62,891 bases of DNA, filler included, from Rhabdomonas costata (GCA_019059605.1; 53 parts of 53 records of this genome joined end to end with filler, not necessarily neighbours in it), one strand, 5' to 3'; positions 1 to 11,696 are shown, numbered from the whole stretch's first letter. Notes: generated from the sequence alone by a model not told the origin. Program-made: numbers and translations.

Positions 1-1089
1 CAAAGGAATTGAAATGAGTGTCAGATTTATTTGCTATCAAATGAAACCTTGTTCGCATCTCTAAATTTTCCGAAGCGAACCAGGCAGAAAAACGCACGGA
101 TAGGAGGTTTGATCCATTTGGGGACAATTGGGCGGTGGCACTTGGCCGCTTGGATGGACGGTATCATTCAGGTAAACGTGAAGAACTTTGGAGACAAAAT
201 GGAAGCAAAAGCTTCAGATTTATGTCAGAGGCAAATCAGGAACAGCACATTTCGAGTATATTACACTGGCAGGCAGAAAATAGAAGCGGTCGAGAGAAAT
301 ATGGAAAAGACGAAAAGCAATAAGGCACGGAGGAGAAAGTCACAGCACCAATGAGAGTAGCAAACAAGCATAAAGGAGAGCAGATAAAGCGCAAACTTAT
401 ATATAAGACGAAAGACGCTCAAGTAGATGGGAAATGCCTCAAGCAAATCAAGGTTTAAAATAAGGCCAAGTTCAAAGGATTATAGAAAAGATAAAAACCC
501 AAACTTTGTCATATACCTCACCGCCAACTAGATTCCTCGGCCATACAATACGAACGCAACACGTTGTACATGTCAGATGGCACGGCGGTCTCGGACCAAT
601 TACGTGGCTCTTGCGACTTTCAAGCGTAGCCCACTCGATCCGCTCCCCTCCGTGGTCCCTCCCGACAAAGCTTTCGCTTTTTGAGCGCTGTCAACTCCTA
701 AGTGAGGAGACTTTCTTTCCCCCAGGTTGGCCTCGCTTTCGCCGAGGGCCGGGTAGAGCCTGGCCGCAACCACTCCTCGCAGCTGCCCAAGCCTGTGGAC
801 TCTTGGTCGACGACGGTCCCTCCAACGACTGTCCATAATCTGCTGCGTCCAGTGCATACATCGCATAGAACATGACATTTACAGCGCTACAGTGGTTCCA
901 CTTCTGGTCCAAATCCTCGCGTAATCCGGGTCATGAGTTCTCACTCTCTCTAACTTTACACCTTCTCCACAGTGCTCCAATCACATCTACGAACTCCGCT
1001 CTCTGACATGAAACTGCTTGATAGCTTGATAGCCTTTTGCAATGCCTCGCTGAGATGCACTCTTTCCCCACCACGCCACTCTGCTCGAC

Positions 1090-1189
1090 NNNNNNNNNNN
1101 NNNNNNNNNNNNNNNNNNNNNNNNNNNNNNNNNTTAATTAATTAANNNNNNNNNNNNNNNNNNNNNNNNNNNNNNNNNNNNNNNNNNNN
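1090..1189. other. Artificial contig spacer (first of 52 copies, about every 1.19 kb)
   Basis: 44 N + TTAATTAATTAA + 44 N. Composition and content change abruptly across spacers. Confidence 0.99.
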
Positions 1190-1638
1190 TTGTTTTTTTT
1201 TTATTATAACCATATTGGGGGCTGTGGAAATAAGAAAAATTAGACCATGAAAGACAATATATTTAAAAAAAATATAAATACATTTTATACATCGTATTAT
1301 CGATACAAAAAATTTTATTTTTAGTATTAAATATCTAAAAATAAAATTTATAAAAATCATCATCAGCTCCATTATCTTTTCAGACCATTTTTTATATTTT
1401 TGCATTTCCGTTTGATGTTTATCTAATTTTTTTTATTAATTCCGTTTGATGTTTATCTAAATCTCTTTTGTTTTATTATTTTCTATTTTTATTAATTCCG
1501 TTTGATGTTTATTTGTTCTACAATGTTTCGCTTTATCATTCCTTGTATATTTCCCGCCACATATCTCACATTTTTGGGATTTAAACCATATCTCATGATT
1601 CTTTTTCTATATTCCGCTAAATATACCGCTCGACTCAT
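1190..1638 (-). pseudogene. Frameshifted virus-type C2H2 zinc-finger protein with KHQTE repeats
   Basis: ATG at 1638 reads MSRAVYLAEYRK. After a frameshift in an A5 run it continues NHEIWFKSQKCEICGGKYTRNDKAKHCRTNKHQTELIK. Further shifts link two LDKHQTE repeats to the ORF starting at 1405. Very AT-rich, no introns. Confidence 0.6.
1406..1512. repeat. Three direct copies of TTCCGTTTGATGTTTAT (coding KHQTE repeat)
   Basis: Copies start at 1406, 1440 and 1496. Confidence 0.85.
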
Positions 1639-1873
1639 TTTTATCTTTATTCATTTTATTTATTTTATATTTTTTATTTTTATATCTCTTAAACACCTAT
1701 TTTTTTATATTGTTTTAAATATATATTCTAAGTGCATTCTTCATGTAATAACATACATTTATCCATCTTTTATAATATATATTTATTATGTATACATATA
1801 TATGTTTATAATTAATTTTATTTAAATCAGTTATTGGTAAAAATAAAAATAAAAATAAAAATAAAAATAAAAA

Positions 1874-1907
1874 TAATTAAATTTTTAATAAATTAAAAAT
1901 TTAATTA
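1874..1907 (-). terminator. AT-only inverted repeat over a stop codon (possible Mimiviridae/virophage-type 3' hairpin)
   Basis: TAATTAAATTTTTAAT-AA-ATTAAAAATTTAATTA has perfect 16-bp arms and overlaps the TAA of the 1901-2131 ORF. Confidence 0.5.
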
Positions 1908-2278
1908 ATTTTAACAGTAATAGGATTGTTATGATGATCAACATCTCGTATTGATTTTTTCCATTTTTGTGTATTAAAATTTGGTTGTATATCATAATTC
2001 AAATAAGAAATTTGTTCATCAATACATGGAAATTGTAATTCAATAACATATAAATTTATATCAGATATAATAATAGACGGTATAAGTTCTTTTATATTTC
2101 GGAACATAAAAATATAAGGATTTCCTTTCAATAATTTTTTATTAAAACTTATTTTTTCAATTTACTAGTGTAATAATGTGTATTTACATCACGAAATTCT
2201 GTAATCCAATGAACAATATTTGTTGTATCATGTTTATGTTTTCTAATATTAACTGGTGTAAGATCAGTATGAGAACAT
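1901..2278 (-). pseudogene. Disrupted AT-rich hypothetical gene, virus-like
   Basis: An open frame from the contig edge (CSHTDLTPVNIRKHKHD...KLKK*) is followed in another frame by LKGNPYIFMF...TVKIN*. Confidence 0.4.
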
Positions 2279-2741
2279 NNNNNNNNNNNNNNNNNNNNNN
2301 NNNNNNNNNNNNNNNNNNNNNNTTAATTAATTAANNNNNNNNNNNNNNNNNNNNNNNNNNNNNNNNNNNNNNNNNNNNTTTGTTTCTCGGTTGAACGCCC
2401 TGTTGATTGCATCCCATGTTCCTGTGCGTTTTGTTTATTCGTGCAGTTTGTTCATTCGGTGTGGTCTGTTTTTTAATTTCTGCTTCTGCTGTAAAGCTTT
2501 CTTTTCCTTTTCCTTTTCCTTTTGTACAATTCTGGTGGAATGGGCGTCACTGAGGATGATATACTGTCCGTAAAAGAAAAGCTGTCAGTGAAAGAATTGC
2601 GAATTTCCATGTCTGAAAAAAGTTACTGAGCCAACCCGGTGCCCATCTGCGGAAAGTAGTAGGTATATGCAGTGTCATAAACACGCGGTGAGGTTTTTGT
2701 TTACATTCATCCTTCCTTCAAACGCTTCACCCCGGAAAAAG

Positions 2742-2801
2742 TGCCCCTTCGTGCTTGTCCTTTGTACCGTGCCGGGCTGTGGAGCACGTGTTCGCCGTCA
2801 A
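2742..2801 (+). CDS. Possible small exon, TRAF-type zinc-finger-like fragment
   Basis: CPFVLVLCTVPGCGARVRRQ lies between an AAG and a GTATGG donor-like site. Short, so weak. Confidence 0.25.
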
Positions 2802-4378
2802 GTATGGGTTGGTGCAGTTTTTTCTTATGCCCTTCGGCGTGGTCGCTCCCGCTGAACAGCTGTGATCCATCTTTGGTCACAACAGCAAATATAACCCTAC
2901 CACTGTGGAACTTGAGGAACTGCAGCTGCTCTCCAGGCTTCAGACTCAGCATTTGTTTTGGGGGTCTGGCGCGTTCTTATTTTTGGCAGGAGGATGCTAT
3001 AAGCCAGTTTAACCGCAACGTAATGAAACCAGGCTTGGCGTAGGGTTTCCACCACATCCCCAGGTTTCTCGCACGGATGCCTTTGACAGACATCCCTCCG
3101 CTGGCACTTGTACTGCCGGGCTGCCGTCTTCTAACTAGATTCGCAAACACGATCACACGATCAAAAGGGCAACGGGGGCTACCAGCCAAATAGTCTGCCA
3201 GAAAGACCAGTTTAGGCACAAGAAGAACCACCAACCTTGTTTCACAGCTCACCGTTTTCCCAGGAAAAAAATTATGTCCGTTAAGGCCCTACCCCGATTA
3301 AGACAATGAAAACCTGCTCCTTAATCCCACCTGTGGGATGATGCGGGCAAGTTTCCGAAGTCAATCAGAATGGTGCGGTACCGAGTTAGCACTTCTCACT
3401 GCCCCAAGTAACACGTCTCCCCCCCCCATCCAGCGCCCCAAATCCCGATGAATGTGAACCACACCACNNNNNNNNNNNNNNNNNNNNNNNNNNNNNNNNN
3501 NNNNNNNNNNNTTAATTAATTAANNNNNNNNNNNNNNNNNNNNNNNNNNNNNNNNNNNNNNNNNNNNTTGTTTTGGGCCTTCAGGTTTCGCTTGCTTGAT
3601 CTGGGGTGTCATCTGCGTGTTCCTCTGCGATCACTTTGTGACAAAGCTTGTGGTGGGAGGCATCATGCTGGTCCCCGGATTGTACTCTGCTGTGGTGTTG
3701 GTGAACTACATACGCGGTGTTCATGGATTTCACTGGGCTCACTTGCCTGAGGTCAACTAGCCAGGCCCTTCTCTCTCAGCGCCTTCGCCGACAGCTGCGA
3801 ATTCCTCTTGTTCGCTGCGAATTGTACTCCCTATTCGGTCGTTTCGACTTTCAGTTAGTCCGGTGGAACTTGAGCGCCGCGGGTGCCTGCGCTGCTGCTT
3901 TTTTTTTTTGCTGGAAGATGTGTGTGCATTTGTCACATTTCTGCTTGACTGCTTGGAACTGCAGGTGTGCTGCCATGGTTGCTCATAGTTGGCTTTTCTG
4001 GGGGGGGGGGGGCGGTGTGCTTATTTCCTTGCCCCTGACTCTTCGTCCCTCAGAATGTTTTCCCGAAACTTAATAAAGTGTGGAACGAACGCAGTGTAGC
4101 AGTGTAGTACTCATGCAGGGTGCAGCGAAAAATGTCCTGTGTCTGTGTGTGCGTGAGTGTGTGTGTGCGTGCGTGCGCGCGCGCCCGTTTGTTCCCTTTT
4201 GGTTTCCGTGATTTTTTTGAAGTAGTCTCGGGGGACATATTTCCCCCTCCGGTTCCTTCTATTCGATTTGAGTGCTCCGGGCCGACAGGGCAGGAAGGCT
4301 AGGCAGTAGCAATTGCGAAGAAATTCGGCCGGCCAGCCCCCTTCCATTAACTCCGTGAAATCATATCTACAGAATCTC

Positions 4379-4420
4379 CACTCACTCACTCACTCACTCA
4401 CTCACTCACTCACTCACTCA
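4379..4420. repeat. (CACT)n microsatellite
   Basis: About 10 tandem copies. Confidence 0.95.
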
Positions 4421-5945
4421 GGCCTTCTTTCGCAAAAGCATTGACTTGCTGGCTGGCTGGTTGCATTCCTTCCGATTCTGCAGCCCTTCTTCTCTCCACT
4501 CCCGTGCACACTGCGCCCTTCACCCTCCCACTGCAATGTACCACTCGGTGCACCCCAACGACAGCGCGATCATCTCCGTGGGGAGTGCCTCGTTCTCCCC
4601 AACACAGCCTAGGAGAGCCTCCACGCGTGACTCCCAGGTGGGTCCGCCTCCACCCCNNNNNNNNNNNNNNNNNNNNNNNNNNNNNNNNNNNNNNNNNNNN
4701 TTAATTAATTAANNNNNNNNNNNNNNNNNNNNNNNNNNNNNNNNNNNNNNNNNNNNGTGGGGTGTTGAGGGGGACTCGGGTTGGTACCCTCGCGCCATGG
4801 AGGTGGAGTCCTCTGGGGCGCACGTAGTGGGAAACGCCTGTTCAGGCGTGAGCCGTCATATGCGGTTTCCACGCAGATCTCAGTGGTGAGCGTTGGTGTT
4901 GGCCGGTCGGGTGAGATGGTTCCCGCAGAAGGGGCACAACCTCCGCGGAGGGGAGGTCGCGCATCCCCTTCTGCATCTCAAAATGGGCGTGTGTGACGGG
5001 TTGAGACCGAGGTGGGTACGCTCGTGGTGACCCGCCTTGTCGAGCCTTGTGATTGGGCCCGGGTCCTCGCTGGTGATGACGGGGACGGGCGCAGTGGAGG
5101 AGTCCCACGCGACCCACGGGTGAGTTGCTTGCTCTTTTCCCTCTAGTTCTCGATGCTTTAGCATCCTTTGTCCCCATCAGCGTTGTTTTCCTCAACAGCG
5201 CACTACATCTCCGTCCTGTCCAGCACGTGCATCAGCTGCGTGTTCCACACGATTCCACGCCTGACCGCCTTGCTGAGGAGGCCTCCGGGAGGGACGGATC
5301 TTCCTCCTCGTCGCTGTCCGCTTCACAGGCGCGTCGCGTCGCGTGCTTGATCTGCCCCTTTGAGCGCAGCTGCAGTTGGTGAGACCGCATCCCTCTGACA
5401 ATGTAGACCAAGCGGCGTTCCTAATTTGACCAGCCCGACCAGATCTCGAACCGGCGGTTACCCCGAGCGGCCTTGAAGGCCTCGTAATCCTGCCGGAACT
5501 GTGGGTCCCAGGCTTCCTTCGGGGTGTATGACCTCCGGCTGTTGCGCCAACCATGGATCGACAATGTGGTGGCCTGAGTCATGGTGAGCAGCTCGGAAGG
5601 GCCTTCCTTCTCGATCATCTCCCCAGCGTCGGCTGTTGAATGCCATTCCGAGTGGTCGATCCGGTATTCGAGGAGAAGCACGCTGCTGGAGTGCAGCTGC
5701 TGAACCGAATTGCCGGTCAGCGCCGGCCGTGCAATTCCAGGTCATCATTGCAGCACTGGCTGCTCGGCCCCTCGCCTGGCTGCGACAGGGTTTCCCCCAT
5801 AGGATCCCAAGCCTCGGTTTCCGGGCCTTCCTGCACCAACACCCCNNNNNNNNNNNNNNNNNNNNNNNNNNNNNNNNNNNNNNNNNNNNTTAATTAATTA
5901 ANNNNNNNNNNNNNNNNNNNNNNNNNNNNNNNNNNNNNNNNNNNN

Positions 5946-7034
5946 TTTGGAAGATGAAGTTCATCGTCTTCTGGAAGGTAGCTGGGGCATTGCAGAGTCC
6001 GAACGGCATGACCTGATAGGCGAAGGTGCCGTACTTCGTTTTGAAGGCTGTACGCTCCACGTGTTCTGGGTGGACCCGGATCTGGTTGAAGCCAGAGTGC
6101 AGGTCAAGCTTGGAGAAGAAGCAGCTATCTCCAACTTGATCAAGCATCTCGTCGATGCGCGGAAGTGGGTACTTGTCCACCAGGGTCAGCTTGTTGATGG
6201 GTCGGTAGTCCACCATCATCCGTAGCTTCCCGTTGGCTTTCGGGACGAAAAGGATCCCTGAGCCGTAGTGGGACGTGACTTCCGTGATGTACTGATGGTC
6301 CAGCAAGTCCTTTAGCTGACGCTGTAACTCGGCATCTTCGGTGGGTGCCAACCTGTACATGAGCGGAGCTTGGATGCGAAACTTCTCTGGGAAGTCAATG
6401 CGGTGGTTGGTTGGACGAGCTGGTGGTAACCCTGGGGCAGCTTCTCTGAAAAGAGATCGTTGTACTACTCGTTGAGCCTGAGCACATGTGGGGGAATTGG
6501 AGCTGTCTGAACTGGAGGGCCACAGGTCGCTGGATCAAGATTCTTGATCATCTCCTGAACGTCTTTGCGCGCAGACAGCTTCTTCCGCTTCCCCATCTTA
6601 CTTTCGGTGTCGGCTGTGAGCAGCGCACGCCTGTCCCGATCAGAAGGTTCCACAAGACATAGTGGAGAGCGGCTCCTCCATTGATCTGCAGGTAGTTTGG
6701 GTGCTGGCTGTGGAGGCAGAGGCGGAGCAGCCGCCTTGCGCTCCCGAAAGGTTAGCTGATACCTCGATTAAGGCAACACAAGGGCAACCTGTGATGGATA
6801 AAAAAGCATTTTCCAATTCCGAAGCGGCCAAATTGGAAGATGCCGCATGCCGCAAGTCCAACTGCCGTGTGACTTCGGCTTTGGGGTCGATCACTTCTAG
6901 GGTTGGCTGCTCTGAAACACCAGGAGCGGCCTGGGGTTACCAAACCGAACCAAATTCAGAGGATCCGAACCCACCTTTACCTCGCACACTCCCCAGAAGT
7001 TGTGGAACAACGCGCACGGGGTGTGTTGCAATGT
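5946..7034 (-). mobile_element. Degenerate Ty3/Gypsy LTR retrotransposon pol: dUTPase C-terminus, linker and N-terminal half of reverse transcriptase
   Basis: RT motifs YNDLF..PGLPPARPTNHRIDF, ILFVPKANGKLRMMVDYRPIN, YPLPRIDEMLD, FSKLDLHSGFNQIRV and TAFKTKYGTFAYQVMPFGLCNAPATFQ. RGKGGFGSS lies upstream at 6958-6984. Stops at about 6465 and 6937 plus frameshifts. Confidence 0.95.
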
Positions 7035-7156
7035 NNNNNNNNNNNNNNNNNNNNNNNNNNNNNNNNNNNNNNNNNNNNTTAATTAATTAANNNNNNNNNN
7101 NNNNNNNNNNNNNNNNNNNNNNNNNNNNNNNNNNGGGGTTTTGTGTTCATGAAAGT

Positions 7157-8017
7157 ATGTTTAATAAGTATAATAATGAGGATGGTTCTACATTTTTTAC
7201 GTTGATTCATAGTCCTCAATCATCTGTAACATATTTTATGGATCTTAATAATTTATATGCACAATTAAAAAAATGTAAATATTTAGCATATATATATGAT
7301 TGGTATTGTTTTATAGAATCTTTTTTATTGTACAACAGTGTACAATTTTCATATCGAAACAGAGATTTGTTATATAATTTATTAGAAAAACAAACATATG
7401 CTGCTAAAAATAAAAAAAAAACAAAAATAAAATTATTTACAACGATTGATCTAACAGGTTTGAAAATTGTACATGTAATTCCTATTTTAATTCTATCTGT
7501 TATTTGTGATCTGTTATATGATTTTTATGATTATTTAAAAAGATATAGTATTGTTGACATTGATAGTAAAGTTAATCGAAGTGTTAAAATTTTTTATGAA
7601 AATATGAAAATATTTATTGAAAATCTTGAAAAAATACTGGCATTTACAAATATATCTAATTGTGTAAAAGTAGAATCAAAACAAGATCCAAGAGCTAGAG
7701 TATCAATAGATCAAACTACTAATATCACGGAAAGAGATTATTATTTACCAAAATATCTATTTGTTATTGTTCTTTTATGTTTACAACATTACAAAATAAA
7801 ATCTTTTGATATTAAAAAATATTTTAAAGATATACAAAATATTGATGACTTTATTGAATCTATTAACGATGCAGATGCTGATGATGGTAATATGTTCAGA
7901 ATATTACTTTCAGCATATCACAATACGGATGTTCATAATATGATAAAAATAGATATTGATAACTTTGTAACAAAATTAAGAAGTGATGATATTTTACTTG
8001 GACCAATACTCGCATAA
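7157..8017 (+). CDS. Hypothetical protein (286 aa, possibly 5'-truncated), AT-rich, giant-virus-like
   Basis: Long uninterrupted ORF rich in K/N/I/Y, with composition unlike the host exons. Confidence 0.75.
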   Translation: MFNKYNNEDGSTFFTLIHSPQSSVTYFMDLNNLYAQLKKCKYLAYIYDWYCFIESFLLYNSVQFSYRNRDLLYNLLEKQTYAAKNKKKTKIKLFTTIDLTGLKIVHVIPILILSVICDLLYDFYDYLKRYSIVDIDSKVNRSVKIFYENMKIFIENLEKILAFTNISNCVKVESKQDPRARVSIDQTTNITERDYYLPKYLFVIVLLCLQHYKIKSFDIKKYFKDIQNIDDFIESINDADADDGNMFRILLSAYHNTDVHNMIKIDIDNFVTKLRSDDILLGPILA

Positions 8018-8043
8018 ATAAAAGTTAAATTGTACAAACATTA

Positions 8044-8079
8044 ATTATTTTTATAAATTTATAAATTTATAAAGATAAT
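8044..8079 (+). terminator. 36-nt near-perfect AT palindrome downstream of the ORF (possible Mimiviridae-type 3' hairpin)
   Basis: ATTATTTTTATAAATTTATAAATTTATAAAGATAAT is self-complementary apart from one T-G pair. Confidence 0.5.
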
Positions 8080-8223
8080 GTATATGAATAGTTTTTATTA
8101 CAATAAATACAAAAAATATAAATTAAAATATGATAATTTACAAAAAACATTATCTGGTGGATATTACCAATATAGATTAACTTCTGATGGAATGTTAACA
8201 CTTTTAAAATATGATCCAACAAA
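8078..8223 (+). CDS. N-terminus of a protein with a YYxKYxKYKxKY...GG motif (Mimiviridae/klosneuvirus-like), 3'-truncated
   Basis: MYMNSFYYNKYKKYKLKYDNLQKTLSGGYY. Confidence 0.7.
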
Positions 8224-8323
8224 NNNNNNNNNNNNNNNNNNNNNNNNNNNNNNNNNNNNNNNNNNNNTTAATTAATTAANNNNNNNNNNNNNNNNNNNNN
8301 NNNNNNNNNNNNNNNNNNNNNNN

Positions 8324-9365
8324 TGTGTGGGGGCGGCGGGAGGGGCGCTGTGGGGCAGGGCAGGGGAGTTTTGCACCGCCGAGGGAGAAAGCGAGAGCAG
8401 CTCCAGTGTTAGGTCGTCGTGGTGGGCCTGCTTCATGGCCAGCTCCGTGGCAATCAGCACCACCTGAGCCGTAAGAGCGGTGGGCAAAAGAACCTAAAAA
8501 GAACGCTAAAAGGTAAGCCAACAGTCTTGCCCATGAACTCGGGCAGCCAAGCATTTGAAAAACAACGCTTTCCCGACCATCCTGCTTCCGAGTGTCTCGG
8601 CGCCAAGTCATGAGGGCACACTCGTTCAGTCTCGATCAGTCAAACAGCAGAAAAGGTCAAAAAGGTTACAAAGGAAGAACACTGCTCGCTATGCCAACAT
8701 GACAGTCGCTTTCAATGATCTCTTTCCGTCGCTTTGCAAATCCAGGGCACATCTACACACAAAAGTCTTTGTTTGGTGTTGGAAAACCAAGGTGTCTCCC
8801 TATCATGGAATTTTGACAACAAAAAGCACAAGAAAAGATCAGGTCCTCCGCCCGTTCACCCACCTTATCCTGGTAAGGCTGAGTGCTCTCTGTGGTGGCG
8901 CCTTCGGCTTGCACCGCATGGTAGAACTCCGCTTTGGCCTCGCGGAAGGCTTGCTTCTGGGCCTCAATCTCGGCCTCGAGTTCCTGCGCCCCGATCCATC
9001 GGGCGAAAGGACAAAAATTCGCGCACACCAAAATACAGGGTAAAACCACGGAATGGGAGGATAAGAGCGGCGAAATGATTGCAACTGCGCGCTGAAACAA
9101 AGGTGCAGCAAAGGTGTGCACCAGCCAATCCAAGAGAGGAAGTAAAGGCGGAGCCCTGGGGCTTGTCTGTAGGTCTTCATTAGTTCTTCTGGCACACCCG
9201 AATCCTCCGGCGAAGCTCGTCCGCCTCAGTGGCACGGGATTGGGCCTCATCCTGCCGAGAGGCCCTCTCCCGCTGCAGAGCAAGACGTAGCTCTTCATTG
9301 ACCTGCTCTAAGGCAATTCTCCGCGCCCGCTCTGACTCAGAGGTCTCCGCGGGAACCTCCACCGT
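8324..9365 (-). CDS. Three exons of a coiled-coil host protein (9365-9198, 8983-8864, 8463-edge)
   Basis: CAG acceptors and GTGTGC/GTGGGT donors join in phase 0: ...LALQRERASRQDEAQ...RIR / ELEAEIEAQKQAF...QDK / VVLIATELAMKQ. Confidence 0.7.
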
Positions 9366-9860
9366 CTGCCACCCCCCCACCACCACCACCACCAATTACA
9401 CACACACACCACNNNNNNNNNNNNNNNNNNNNNNNNNNNNNNNNNNNNNNNNNNNNTTAATTAATTAANNNNNNNNNNNNNNNNNNNNNNNNNNNNNNNN
9501 NNNNNNNNNNNNTTTTTGTGTTGTTACCCAATCCAATTTTTTCCCAGACTGGTTGTTTTATTTAAGGTGCAGATGCTTTGCGACACTCCTGTGGATGGGA
9601 GGGAGGACCTCGCCAGGCGTATTTGTGCAGGAACCAGGTCCACGGTGGAACGCTACGGTGAGCTGTCCCAGGTCCAACTGCGCTTGTAGGTTTCGCCTGT
9701 TTGATACCATAACATTGATTGAAGCTGATGCGTTTTTTTTGTGAAACCATTGTTTGCAGTATTCGGTGCGCCGCTCTTTAGAGATCAGCGCTTCAGCTTC
9801 CATTCCCTGAGAAGTGCTGCCGCAGTTTAGGTTACCAAAAGCGAAAAACCCGTGCGCACA

Positions 9861-9912
9861 GTGAAGTGAAGTGAAGTGAAGTGAAGTGAAGTGAAGTGAA
9901 GTGAAGTGAAGT
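9861..9912. repeat. (GTGAA)n microsatellite
   Basis: About 10 tandem copies. Confidence 0.95.
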
Positions 9913-9968
9913 GCTTCTTGAAATACTTGTTCCCTTGTCGGGTTTGCTGTCTTGTGTTGGCTGCACAG

Positions 9969-10169
9969 GCGCTGCAAGCGGCGTTCGCGGTGGGCGTTGG
10001 CACTGCCCTGGACTACGGTGGGGTACTGGACCTCCAGCCCGATGTGTGGCAGGCACTGCACCTGCCCAGTAGCGCGTCGGCATCCCCCGCTCGCCTGCGG
10101 CTTACCCTGGGGCGCTTCGACCTCTCCCGCAAGTTCCGGGAAGGTCTCTCCTTGAACCATTTCGCATCG
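9969..10169 (+). CDS. Probable internal exon, product unknown
   Basis: GC-rich frame ALQAAFAVGVGTALDYGG...LNHFAS after a CACAG acceptor. The 3' boundary is approximate. Confidence 0.45.
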
Positions 10170-10740
10170 TGTATGTCTTAACGGCCCCGCGTGTGGCGCG
10201 ACAGCCCTGTGCACAGCGTGAAATCCGTGCGGGGCCACACACGCCGCCAGCTGCGACCACGCTGGACCATCAGATAAAAACATCCCCCGGGTCAAGTCCG
10301 AGAAACTATGCCAATCCATCCACGCAAATCAGTGTGTGTGGCCCCGACCAAAAAGTAAGGGACAAAAAAGAGGGCCCAGCCCTCAAAGTTGCCCCGCATG
10401 TGGAGTGAAGAGAAGCGATTCGTTCATGTACCCTTGCATGCAGGTGGTTGAATTTGGCCAGTTGCCTTTGGTAAGGAAGTTCAGCCGAACTCGTTGCACC
10501 TGGTGGTTTCTGTGCTTTATGCTGGCTTATTTAAAGGTGATACTCTAATGGGAAAACCCAATGCATGACCAGAACGACAGCCACCGGTGATCAAAAACAA
10601 CNNNNNNNNNNNNNNNNNNNNNNNNNNNNNNNNNNNNNNNNNNNNTTAATTAATTAANNNNNNNNNNNNNNNNNNNNNNNNNNNNNNNNNNNNNNNNNNN
10701 NTGTTGTTTTGTTTTCGCAATAGTCGCTCTTTTTGAATTC

Positions 10741-11106
10741 TTAGTTTTTCAGCAAGTTTCTCTCTGTACTCCTTTTTGAGTTTGTGTCGTTCTTGTTTAA
10801 TTTTTCCTCAATATATTTAGGATGTACTTTAATCTGCTTTTGTAGCTGCTGCTTTTGCTCCTTCAGTAGGATGTTTGTTTCTTTTTTGTTTGTTTCAAAA
10901 ATAATTTCATGTGTATTTAAATGCAATAATTCTAACTGCTTTAGCTTCTCGAGTGCTTCTTTTCTTTCTCTGTAATATTTTCTATGATACTCTATACGGC
11001 TCTTGTATTTATCAGGCATATCTGATTTTGTTTTTGCTTCATACCGTTTTACGGCCTCTCTATGCTTTTGTGGTGTTTTATAATATTTCACTTCTTGATT
11101 TTCCAT
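10741..11106 (-). CDS. Small basic hypothetical protein, virus/Polinton-like
   Basis: YYKTPQKHREAVKRYEAK...EYHRKYYRERKE. AT-rich, intronless, in tandem with the HNH gene. Confidence 0.65.
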   Translation of the reverse strand: MENQEVKYYKTPQKHREAVKRYEAKTKSDMPDKYKSRIEYHRKYYRERKEALEKLKQLELLHLNTHEIIFETNKKETNILLKEQKQQLQKQIKVHPKYIEEKLNKNDTNSKRSTERNLLKN

Positions 11107-11174
11107 TTTTTTCTATACTTCTATTAAGTTTATATTTTTTAAATATTATCTTATTCTTAAGTGTGTTTATTTTC

Positions 11175-11564
11175 TTATTTTTTATACTTGTAATGTTTAC
11201 CTAATCTTCCATGTGGAATAATTATTAAATTAATAACACCACCATCATCAGTATATTCAAATGTTACTTTTCCTTTGTTAGTATTTGCTGATTTCATGGT
11301 GCCTACATGTTTTAGTTTATTCCTATCAATATGATCAATTTCATAGTTTGTAGGTATTACACCATTGCAGGTTTCCCATATAAAACGGTGGGTTAAATAT
11401 GTCTTTTGTGCTTCATTATTTCTAACAGTACACATTGCATAACCGCTTTTTTGAGGCATTTGATTAACAATTCTGTTTTTTGGAATAAAATAAATGTTGT
11501 GATCTGTATTATCTGTATTATATCCGTACAAATTGAATATTGGATGAATTTTTATACTTTCCAT
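11175..11564 (-). CDS. HNH homing-endonuclease-like protein (HNH_3 type), motif apparently incomplete
   Basis: GYAMCTV...KTYLTHRFIWETCNGVIPTNYEIDHIDRNKL is present, but the expected downstream N-x3-NL segment is missing. Confidence 0.8.
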   Translation of the reverse strand: MESIKIHPIFNLYGYNTDNTDHNIYFIPKNRIVNQMPQKSGYAMCTVRNNEAQKTYLTHRFIWETCNGVIPTNYEIDHIDRNKLKHVGTMKSANTNKGKVTFEYTDDGGVINLIIIPHGRLGKHYKYKK

Positions 11565-11696
11565 TTTATATATTTACTAAGGATAAAAAATCTATATATA
11601 AAACGCAAAAAAGTCATTTTGATTTTAAAAAAGTCAAAAAAATGATCGACGCTTAAAGAGAAGAAACTATTATATACTAACCAGAAGCAAGCAAAA

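Noticed and set aside
1406..1512. Three 17-23 bp direct repeats with spacers as a mini-CRISPR
   Set aside because: Spacer lengths are unequal, the repeats encode the peptide KHQTE, and no cas genes are visible.
4757..5845. GC-rich fragment with several partial ORFs, possibly a decayed transposon
   Set aside because: I could not identify any diagnostic motif, so it is left uncalled.
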